From Oikopleura dioica (taxonomy: Eukaryota; Animalia; Chordata), in NCBI GenBank assembly GCA_907165135.1, contig OU015568.1, positions 8,494,001-8,558,000 of the forward strand: a stretch of DNA of 64,000 nucleotides, read 5' to 3'. Within the stretch, counting starts at the first letter, position 1. Every line of letters begins with the position of its first letter. Below, piece by piece: positions 1 to 9,117 of the stretch. The notes beneath the pieces were generated by a model. That model did no database searches. It was not told the DNA's origin and saw nothing but the letters and a program-made list of their open reading frames with translations. The translations under genes and the position numbers were made by a program.

Positions 1-97
1 CTAAATATTTCTGAAGAATATCATCTGTCTTCCGCAATCGACTGGGTTCGAGCTCTTCGCGAGATTCATCCGATTCCTCCGGTTCATCCGATAGCTG
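1..97 (-). CDS. Partial coding exon of an unknown gene running off the window edge
   Basis: After a ctttctgtag acceptor, the minus strand reads QLSDEPEESDESREELEPSRLRKTDDILQKYL with no stop. No family recognised. Confidence 0.35.
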
Positions 98-606
98 CTA
101 CAGAAAGTAAAAAAAAAGAAAAAAACCAACACACATTCAAGCAAAGAAAAGCATATTATTTAGGATAAATTAATTGTATCCTCAGCACAAGACGAGACCA
201 GTCTCTACTATCGTATTATAGATTACGTCTGTGTGTGTTTAAAAACTGTGCCGCACGTAAAAAAAACACCAACAAAAGATATAGAGTCTTCGTAATTAAA
301 AAAACACTCACTATCGCTTCGTTAAATACCAAAAAACAATCTGTACTTACAATACAATATGTCCAAAACCAAAAAGCAACATTGTCAGCACAGTGTTTAA
401 CCGACAAAAAGCTGAAACGGGAAAATGAAAAAGTCAGCGTGAAACATTTTCGCCTGCTCCCTCTTTGTCTACTCGTTGTATCAATAAATCGTATTGCTCA
501 ATAAATTCAAATAACACAAAAAAAATAATGCGCCAACCGGCATCGGAGAATTTCAAGATTTCAAGAAAATTCTCACTTTCTGTGTAAATATTCAAAATAT
601 ATTTTT

Positions 607-3600
607 TCATTTCAAATTCAATTTGGCAGAAAAGATACTTCGGATAAGGGAAAGTTGCGAAGAAAGCCCTGCTCCGGGTGGAAGAATATCGTGTAGGGCC
701 TTTTCGGATTCTAGTTTTGACAGAATTTGTTGCCAGATTTGAACTGCTTCTTTGGTTGTTGCTGGTGTTTTGGAAGACGCGAAGATTTCTTCTATCGTTG
801 ATTCTATCAGCTTTCTTGCTTTATCATTACGAGCTACGTATTCGGGCATCTAAAAGAGATTGAGGAAAAAGTGATTTTCGACATGACAGTTGACATTTTA
901 CCTTGTACTCTTTATCCTTCAAGAAAACGACCAACGCCGTTATGTTATCCATCGAACCACGAGAGAAACTCGTATCAACCATTCTCCAGGCTACTTCTTC
1001 GTTTTTCCCGAAAACGCTTGCCTCAAAATGTGCATATTTCGCCGCTTCGGCGCTGGTTAAAACATCGAAAACGCCATCGCTTCCGAGAACGAGTAGACTG
1101 TCGCTTTCTTCGCGAGGGATGATTGTACAGGTTGGTGCTGCGATGACTGGCTGAAAGAGGTCGTGGTAGCGTCTTGAGGGCCATGTTCCTTCGGAATTCG
1201 GCTTGAGATCTAAATCCATTGTCAAATTTGAGAAGATTTGGAAGACGCGATATTTCTGTCTATATCTTTCGATGATGTACCAAAATCACCAAAAGCGCGA
1301 CTGAGAGCAAGATTTCCATTGACTCGATTGTATCTTACAAAGCCGCCAGTTTCATAAATGCGTTTTCTTTCCTCTGTATCCATCGGCTTATGATCTTCTG
1401 TTGAAAACTTGAGCTCAGAAGACTCATCTATTCAATAGTTCAAAATAGTTTTGTTCACTATCTAAAAACAAAAGTTCGAACCGTGCCCACAAGCAGCGTT
1501 CTTGAGTCCCCGACATTCGCAAAGATGAAATTCTTCGGCGTCATCAGCACAGAGGAACACGTGCTTCCGGAACGGAGACCACTGGCCCTAATCTCGCGAT
1601 CGAACTCGAGATAAGCGCGCTCTATTTCGGAAGAAATTTCTTCCGCACTTGCATCTGAAACAATATTGCAGATAGGGATCGAACGCAAATCAAAATGGGA
1701 ATTTTTAAAAATAAAGATATGCCTTTTATATTAAAAATTAAAATAGTAAATCGATTATGCTGATCTCAAATATGATAATCATATTGTATTTCAACTTCCG
1801 GTTTCCCGGAAACTGTCGGTTTCAGCGGCTTCCTGTGGACGCGCAATCTTGCGCCAATAACAGCAGGTTAATGAGCATTGGAAAAAGGATTTTCGAAGAA
1901 AAATATTGAAAATCGATGGCGCGTGGTTGCGCTTGCCTTTTGTACTTCTGAAGTATGACTCATGAAGCGGCGGCAAAAGCGCATAGCCCGCGTCAATGCG
2001 CGTGCGCGAAGGCGCCAGAGAGAGGCGCACGAAAAAATTGAAAAAGATGAGCGCGCCGCGATTCGAACCCGCCCCACCAGATAGACATGGTCCTATCAAT
2101 TGACAACCAGGCTATTGGAACTTGGGGAGACGCCCTTTTTCGTGGGTATAAATTATCTGCTTCTTTTTCTTTCTTCAGTAAAACTCCCTTAACCTTACGA
2201 CCACAAACGGGATTTTCACCTACCGGGTACTTTTTCGTCATTTTTTTCCAAAAAGTCAAATTTTTAAATGCGAGTCGAGATAGACTCCCAAAATGCGTCA
2301 AAATCGACTTTTGACCCGTAGAATCCATTTCCGGGCTCAAATTTGTGAAATTCCGCAAACAGATTTTTCGAAAATTGTTGACGGGGAGGGGGGTCCTTAA
2401 TCGAATTTCCTTCAACAAGAAGATCAAAAAATGCACAGACACAATTTTTCGAGCCAAAAAAAGAAATGATAATAAGTAAATTTTTTAAAAATTTTGATTT
2501 TCATAATTAGAAATTAAAAAATAAATAAGTTAGTTGTAAGATAAAAACCATAACAAAGCAAGAAACTGGATAAACTTTAATTTTAATGAAAACGGGTGTG
2601 GGTGGGGTTGGGGACAAAACTGAGATTGATCACCTCAGAGTTTAAAGTTTAAACCTTCTGTCAAGCCCTTTTCGAAGGGCCGTCAAGCCCCTTAAAATTA
2701 AAAATCAAGGAACGGGGCTGAGACGGCCCGAAGGGCCGTCAAGCCCCTTAAAATTAAAAATCAAGGAACGGGGCTGAGACGGCCCGAAGGGCCGTCAAGC
2801 CCCTTAAAATTAAAATCAAGGAACGGGGCTGAGACGGCCCGAAGGGCCGTCAAGCCCCTTAAAATTAAAAATCAAGGAACGGGGCTGAGACGGCCCGAAG
2901 GGCCGTCAAGCCCCTTAAAATTAAAAATCAAGGAACGGGGCTGAGACGGCCCGAAGGGCCGTCAAGCCCCTTAAAATTAAAAATCAAGGAACGGGGCTGA
3001 GACGGCCCGAAGGGCCGTCAAGCCCCTTAAAATTAAAAATCAAGGAACGGGGCTGAGACGGCCCGAAGGGCCGTCAAGCCCCTTAAAATTAAAAATCAAG
3101 GAACGGGGCTGAGACGGCCCGAAGGGCCGTCAAGCCCCTTAAAATTAAAATCAAGGAACGGGGCTGAGACGGCCCGAAGGGCCGTCAAGCCCCTTAAAAT
3201 TAAAAATCAAGGAACGGGGCTGAGACGGCCCGAAGGGCCGTCAAGCCCCTTAAAATTAAAAATCAAGGAACGGGGCTGAGACGGCCCGAAGGGCCGTCAA
3301 GCCCTTAAAATTAAAAATCAAGGAACGGGGCTGAGACGGCCCGAAGGGCCGTCAAGCCCCTTAAAATTAAAATCAAGGAACGGGGCTGAGACGGCCCGAA
3401 GGGCCGTCAAGCCCCTTAAAATTAAAAATCAAGGAACGGGGCTGAGACGGCCCGAAGGGCCGTCAAGCCCTTAAAATTAAAAATCAAGGAACGGGGCTGA
3501 GACGGCCCGAAGGGCCGTCAAGCCCCTTAAAATTAAAAATCAAGGAACGGGGCTGAGACGGCCCGAAGGGCCGTCAAGCCCCTTAAAATTAAAAATCAAG

Positions 3601-6600
3601 GAACGGGGCTGAGACGGCCCGAAGGGCCGTCAAGCCCCTTAAAATTAAAAATCAAGGAACGGGGCTGAGACGGCCCGAAGGGCCGTCAAGCCCCTTAAAA
3701 TTAAAAATCAAGGAACGGGGCTGAGACGGCCCGAAGGGCCGTCAAGCCCCTTAAAATTAAAAATCAAGGAACGGGGCTGAGACGGCCCGAAGGGCCGTCA
3801 AGCCCTTAAAATTAAAATCAAGGAACGGGGCTGAGACGGCCCGAAGGGCCGTCAAGCCCCTTAAAATTAAAAATCAAGGAACGGGGCTGAGACGGCCCGA
3901 AGGGCCGTCAAGCCCCTTAAAATTAAAATCAAGGAACGGGGCTGAGACGGCCCGAAGGGCCGTCAAGCCCCTTAAAATTAAAAATCAAGGAACGGGGCTG
4001 AGACGGCCCGAAGGGCCGTCAAGCCCCTTAAAATTAAAAATCAAGGAACGGGGCTGAGACGGCCCGAAGGGCCGTCAAGCCCCTTAAAATTAAAAATCAA
4101 GGAACGGGGCTGAGACGGCCCGAAGGGCCGTCAAGCCCCTTAAAATTAAAATCAAGGAACGGGGCTGAGACGGCCCGAAGGGCCGTCAAGCCCCTTAAAA
4201 TTAAAAATCAAGGAACGGGGCTGAGACGGCCCGAAGGGCCGTCAAGCCCTTAAAATTAAAAATCAAGGAACGGGGCTGAGACGGCCCGAAGGGCCGTCAA
4301 GCCCCTTAAAATTAAAAATCAAGGAACGGGGCTGAGACGGCCCGAAGGGCCGTCAAGCCCTTAAAATTAAAAATCAAGGAACGGGGCTGAGACGGCCCGA
4401 AGGGCCGTCAAGCCCCTTAAGGGGGTCGACGAGAATCGGGATTTCTGTGACCAAAAATGCGGGAAAACCGGATTAGATAGGGACAATCTGATGTTATTGG
4501 TGGATAGAAAAGGGTTGAAAAAATCAGGCGGCGAAAACTAGAAAAAATTTTCGCCAGAAAAAATCGGTCAAAAATCCCCTCAAAGTAGGGGCATTTTCGC
4601 GAAAATGCACCAAAAATGGCGATTTTTTTCACATTTTTCTTAATTTCACCCCCTAAATCTCATTTTTATCAAATGTTTTTAGGCTCAACAGATTCGGGAG
4701 GATCTGACAATTCCAAAAATATAAGTTTCATATCCAGACTATGAGTACAAGCGAAATTACGATCACCCCTGAAAAAATTCTCGTCGACCCCCCCCCTTAA
4801 AATTAAAAATCAAGGAACGGGGACCAAAATCAAGTGATCCCTTCTTCAAAATGACTCGATATCGAATCACGTGCTCAACGGCGGACCAGGATACCTGAAC
4901 CGAAGAAGACGTTATCTCCTCGATATTAACTCCACTTCCGCTTGGTGCTGTTTCTTCAGTGAAAATGACAGCGTCGGTTTCAGCATTAGCGACAAGTGCT
5001 GAGATCGCAATCTCGTACTTGGTCAGAGGGATCATTTGAGTGAGTCGAACAAAGTTAGCAAAGCCACCTTGGAGCCCGTTGGTAATTGATGCAATTGGTG
5101 GTTCCACGACGACTCGCAGATCCTTGGCACCCATAACGTAACCGAGAGCGATGGCGATCTGCGATGACTGCAGGAGGGCGACTCTTGAGTTTTCGAGAAG
5201 TGGTGCCGTCTTGGGAATACTGAAGACCTTGTCTGTCTTTCCGTGATAACCTGAAGCTCCACTGGATGAATAAGTGGCAGTCATAACGATCGAATAGATT
5301 GTGTTTGGAGTAGCACCGTCAAGTAACAGCGGACTCTCAAGCTCGACCATATTTCCATCAAAGTTGGGAATCGGTGGATTGATCAAAATATTGTAGAAGT
5401 CTGGTTTGGTAGCAACATCCCAGGTAAGTGTCAGTGATGTCGATCGCGCTTTCGCAGAGAAGTTATCTAGAGATGGAACTGTGGAATTATGTAAATTTCG
5501 CCCCTAAAACATATCTTTATCACATGATTTTAGGCTTAACTTCTCAATACACGGGCGCGCGACTAAGCGCTCAAAACACGGGGTCGGGAAAACCGACCAC
5601 CAGGCATTATTCAGCCCCGCGCGGCGCGCCGAATCCTGAGTGCGAAAAATAGCACCGAAGGTTTTGATCTCTTATTCATATTTCCGTCAAGATAATAAGG
5701 CGAAAAAGATACTGTTAGAAAGCTTGAACACTCAGCTATCCATTTATGTAATTATCACGGAAAAATAACTTTCCGATTTTCCGATAAAGAGCGTGAGAGA
5801 AATCTCGTGCAAAACGCCATCCCTCTTGAGAATCTTCACGAAACTTCGCAGAGTGGTTTGATTTGTTCATATGAGTATACATTGCAAAAATTGGGTCAAA
5901 CGGATTACCACATTCGAAGTTATTGAGGGCCAAAGTCGCCGTGGTCGGTTTTACCGACCACGTGTATTGAGAAGTTAACAGATTCGGCAGTACAGTTCAT
6001 ATGCAGACTATCTGTAGAAGTGATATTTTGATCACCCTGAAAGAAATTCTCGTCGAGATCTGGTTAAAGCCATCACACTCTCAGGAATGTATGGCTCAGT
6101 TGGTATCTGATAGGAACGGGACTTCTTAGTGAAGCGCGTTCGATTCCCGACGAGACCATTTTTTTTTCAATTTCTATTGGTCAGGGCGCGGGCTCGCTCG
6201 CAGGAAAAGTCAAAACGCGTCGCGGCAAAAGCTTCTCGCCCCGGAGCGCCACCCTTTGCGTGACACTTCTCCGCGCTGCGCGCTTCTCATTGGCCCTTTT
6301 CCTCTTCTCTCTTTATTTTTCAAAGTGTAATAACTCAAAAACTACAACACCTATGAAAATTTAAAATTCATATTTGAAAAGCCTGAGCCTCAAAACCCAT
6401 TTTTTCATTTATAAGTTTAGAAAAAAATTTTTTGGGTGCCCCGGTGGTGATTTGCGTTCGATCCCTAATTGCAGATAAGTGCCACATCCAGTTAGAACCT
6501 GATTTAATGAGGGAGCCGAGCTTCTTCTCGAGGAACTGTGGTAAGTTCTTAGAGCAGTACTGGGCGACGCGGTAATCTAAAGAGACAAAACATGTTGAGT

Positions 6601-6990
6601 ATCTTTGGCTTAGTATCTTTTACGAACCAACATGGCCATCAAGGACGGCGAAAAAATGATACCCAGGGGAATCGCAAAAATCCAGCTTCACGGCTGTATA
6701 GTCCTTTTATCAAGAGTTTTAAACTTAATGATTTGTAAAGAATGCTGCGTTTTGCGCAACTCTTTCCTCCATATACGGTCTGTAGAAAGTTTTACAAAAG
6801 AAAATTACGAATAAAATCGCTGAAAAAGTGGGTCTCTCAAAACTCTTTCCTGTATCCTTGAATTCCACAAGAAGTGTAATAAATCTCCCGCTTAGCATCT
6901 TCAAACTGTATTTTTGTCAATACAGGGACAGCAGCGAAACGAATCGAGTTGATACCAAGACGGAGAAAGCGCTTTCCAAAAGCCCACTAG
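607..6990 (-). CDS. PPM1A/B: PP2C/PPM-family Ser/Thr phosphatase, PPM1A/B-like, multi-exon
   Basis: Spliced motifs appear in the expected order: QGYRPYME|D (6860-6700), FFAVLDGH (~6650), [10 protein letters not shown] (~6560), [17 protein letters not shown] (1458-1650), DHKP...[14 protein letters not shown] (1280-1400), GSDGVFD and SMDNIT (900-1100). The C-terminal LPPGAGLSS resembles the PPM1A/B C-terminal domain. The 5' end is unresolved and may extend to ~7390. Confidence 0.9.
2041..2121 (-). ncRNA. tRNA-like Pol III cassette (A box, B box, T-run) in the left subterminal region of the hAT-like element
   Basis: Minus strand: TAGCCTGGTTG (2114-2104), GGTTCGAATC (2069-2060), then TCTTTTT. 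The spacing is tRNA-like, but no cloverleaf forms. Confidence 0.5.
2594..2613 (+). other. Potential G-quadruplex
   Basis: GGGTGTGGGTGGGGTTGGGG: four G-tracts with 1-3 nt loops, about 50 bp before the tandem array. Confidence 0.55.
2660..4822. repeat. 56-bp tandem array (~31 units) with an internal perfect hairpin
   Basis: Unit AAGCCCCTTAAAATTAAAAATCAAGGAACGGGGCTGAGACGGCCCGAAGGGCCGTC. Units differ only in C-run and A-run length. The last unit is split by the 4421-4796 MITE and resumes at 4797-4822. Confidence 0.97.
4421..4796. mobile_element. MITE with TTAA target duplication (Kolobok-like termini)
   Basis: TTAA (4417-4420), GGGGGTCGACGAGAAT...ATTCTCGTCGACCCCC(CCCC), TTAA (4797-4800). The repeat unit continues exactly after the second TTAA. 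A TTAA TSD with purine-starting TIRs fits Kolobok better than piggyBac. Confidence 0.8.
4823..5462 (-). pseudogene. Fibronectin type III gene fragment (about 2.5 repeats), intronless, carried inside the hAT-like element
   Basis: Open frame [31 protein letters not shown]...[12 protein letters not shown]...[14 protein letters not shown]...[23 protein letters not shown] shows FN3 W/Y spacing. Both ends run into repeat or MITE DNA. Confidence 0.7.
5490..6063. mobile_element. Left-truncated, diverged relative of the 4421-4796 MITE, itself interrupted by a piggyBac-like MITE
   Basis: Colinear similarity: TTTTAGGCT(T/C)AACAGATTCGG, TTCATAT-CAGACTA and GATCACCC-TGAAA-AAATTCTCGTCGA (6029-6056 vs 4761-4787). 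Ends before TTAA at 6064-6067. Confidence 0.65.
5540..5974. mobile_element. piggyBac-like MITE, 435 bp
   Basis: TTAA (5536-5539), TIR CTTCTCAATACACG...CGTGTATTGAGAAG, TTAA (5975-5978). An internal palindromic repeat (GGTCGG-AAAACCGACCAC) lies ~27 bp from the left TIR but directly against the right TIR. This asymmetric layout is typical of piggyBac ends. Confidence 0.85.
6085..6167 (+). ncRNA. tRNA-like Pol III cassette in the right subterminal region of the hAT-like element
   Basis: A box TGGCTCAGTTGG (6092-6103), B box GTTCGATTCC (6138-6147), then GAGACCA and a T9 terminator. The acceptor and T stems do not pair, so this is not a functional tRNA. Confidence 0.6.
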
Positions 6991-8377
6991 ACGAAAAATG
7001 CTCATAAAAACGTTCATTTTTGATGTTCATACTTTCATGTTATTCTATTTCGTTTCCGATCGATCAAGACACAATCTAAACAGTTGGACTTCTAGCAGTG
7101 CTAATTAAGAAGAAAGCTCAACTCACACGAATACAGCGTGATGGATAGGCTCCATCAAATGAGAGCTCGTCTGCGGTGGAAAAATCCGCGACTTTGTTTG
7201 CGCAATACGATGGAACGTACTCAATAAATTACCCCCTCTGATTTGACCTGATTGTCCTTCCATAAAGGGACGAAAAGTATGAAATTTCCAATTCATCTCG
7301 GATCGTCTCCTTACTACTTTATTTGAGTAAGTCCGCCGGACTCGTAGTATTTGCTCAGAAGAGCTCGGAATGCTTTTTATGGCTGTCATACAAAATCGCC
7401 AACGAGAGTTTGCTGAAAAGCATACTTAAAATTTCGCAAAAGTTTTAATACTAGCTGTTTCTTCTTTGAGCCCACCGAAAAGGACGAAGGTAGAGAGAGA
7501 GAAGGTGGTGGAAAAAACGAGCAGCGGCGCTCTAGGCACACAGGGAGAACGACTGGAGGAGGCCACTACTGGAGCGTGTGCCTAACCAAGGAGTAGCACA
7601 ACAAAAGCTGAGCGCTACTAGCCCCATCACTCTTCTGAAACATCGTTGTGTTTACAGTGCTGAAAGAAGTTAGAGAGTACTGAGAAGAGAGAGAGACGAA
7701 TAAAACTCCCACGAAAGAGAGAAGGCCACAAGACAGAGTACTGATCGAGCAACACCTTCGCATGTCGGCTAACTGGATAACTGGGGAGTGAAAAGCGAGC
7801 TTCACATGAAACAGTTATGTTCATAGAAAGAAGACTCTGGGGACATCTTTTGCTTCTTTCGCTAAGGGTCACTATTTCACAAAAAATGCTAGTTTGATGA
7901 AACTTTGTAAATGACGTAATAGACGTTTGATCTTGACATTAGACAATAATTGTGCTAGAATCAGAAGGAGTGGTACTTGAGTCGAGAACAAGCACACTTG
8001 AAAGGGCCGTGACGCGGCGGTAACAACTGTAATCGACATTTGGAAAGTCAATTCCAAATTGAACAATTGTTCGTGCAAAAGGTCGATGGGTATAATTGCC
8101 CTTGGCCCTGAGCCATAAGCCCGATTGAAATATTAGTTGATTTTCGGTCATGGGCTCTAATTTATGGGCGTAGCGGGACATCCCACATGTAGCTAGTACA
8201 ACTAGTGATCCAAGAAAAAGGTAACTATCTCGGCCAGATACACGAATAGCCGACAAGTCAACAACTTCGGATCTGCAGTTCGGCAACCAAGAAAGTCTTC
8301 GTGTGCTAAAAGCGATGGGAAAAGTAAAGGCTCAGAGGTATTGAATTTCCATCCGGCGAATAAACTCTAAAATAATC

Positions 8378-9117
8378 ATGGTTCAGAGGCCCCATGATAA
8401 ACCATTCAAGCCGTATTCTAACGACACGAATTTCGACGAATTCCTAGACCTCAGCAGTCCAGTAACTTCATTGACAAGACGAAGAAAAAGGGACTTGGAC
8501 TGGTTCTCACTTGCATCCGGGCTTCCACAGTCAGATACATTTTACACGCCTTGGATAAAAGAGGTTGAAATGACATTTTAAAACAAGAAAATGAGTGATT
8601 GTTTAAGAAATGTTACAGAACGATGATTGACTTTGGCAAGAATCTCGCAAATAATGCTGACTCACTTGCAGAATGCTTGGGTTTTAAATTAGAAGCTGAA
8701 CCTCTTTATATTCCAAAGGTAGAAGGGGTTAACAATCAAGGAGGATCTAAACAAGAATGTAGCCTAAAATCGTCATTGTAAAAACTTGGGAAGAGGAAAA
8801 GAAGAAGAAGAGAAAGCAAAAATATCGAAAAAAGAGAAGTCTTTATTTTCAACGATCATGTCATAGACACAGAGTTCATGCAGAAGGTAAGCTAGAAAAT
8901 TCATGTTACGGGTGAAAATATTATTTAAGGGCGTGCGATTGATTTACAAATAAATTGGCTAACGGATGAAAGAATAATGAGCAAGATCGAAAACGCTGGT
9001 AAACGCGAACAACTATTCCGAAACCTGCAAAAACTGGCAGAGCAGAGCTTCGATTTCGTAAAAATTATTCGATCTTCATCGAAACCTACAGTGCTCCACG
9101 TGTCCTGCACAGGTTAA
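8378..9117 (+). CDS. hh: Highly divergent hedgehog-like protein (Hedge signalling domain; no Hint/Hog domain seen)
   Basis: Introns 8564-8607, 8719-8762 and 8887-8929 (44, 44 and 43 nt, all GT-AG) splice to WIKE|KCYRTM...|PKIVIVKTWEEE...RVHAE|GRAIDLQI...LQKLAEQSFDFV...VLHVSCTG. This matches Shh TQ|RCKDKL..KLRVTEGWDED..LHYEGRAVD..LARLAVEAGFDWV..HIHCSV. The N-terminal exons are unresolved (one probably ends at 8337). Confidence 0.72.

Larger units (their letters stand above)
1673..6467. mobile_element. Non-autonomous hAT-like composite DNA transposon, 4795 bp
   Basis: Perfect 20-bp TIR TAGGGATCGAACGCAAATCA (1673-1692, with its reverse complement at 6448-6467) and an 8-bp direct repeat ATTGCAGA (1665-1672, 6468-6475). 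Removing the element restores a 41-nt GT-AG intron of the PP2C gene. A TAGGG-start TIR with an 8-bp TSD is typical of hAT (Ac TIR is TAGGGATGAAA). No transposase ORF. Confidence 0.85.

Noticed and set aside
2718-2745. Hammerhead ribozyme in the repeat unit (CTGAGA-CGGCCC-GAA-GGGCCG-TCAA resembles CUGAUGA-GGCC-GAAA-GGCC-GAAA)
   Set aside because: The core lacks N7 (CUGAGA rather than CUGANGA), has GUCAA in place of GAAA, and I could not build stems I and III with a UH cleavage site. An Infernal search or an in vitro cleavage test would settle it.
2660-4420. CRISPR array
   Set aside because: The sequences between the hairpins are identical rather than unique spacers, there are no cas genes, and the context is eukaryotic.
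6085-6158. Functional tRNA gene (Arg-TCT-like loop)
   Set aside because: The acceptor stem (GAATGTA vs CGAGACC) and T stem do not pair; only the promoter boxes and terminator are kept.
7939-8286. 115-aa minus-strand ORF and neighbours (7566-8078) as retroviral env
   Set aside because: No LTR, gag or pol nearby and no convincing motif. It overlaps the probable 5' region of the hh-like gene and is left unassigned.
8470-8520. RRRKR-DLDWF as an env furin site plus fusion peptide
   Set aside because: It belongs to a spliced host gene with three short GT-AG introns and Hedge-domain motifs.
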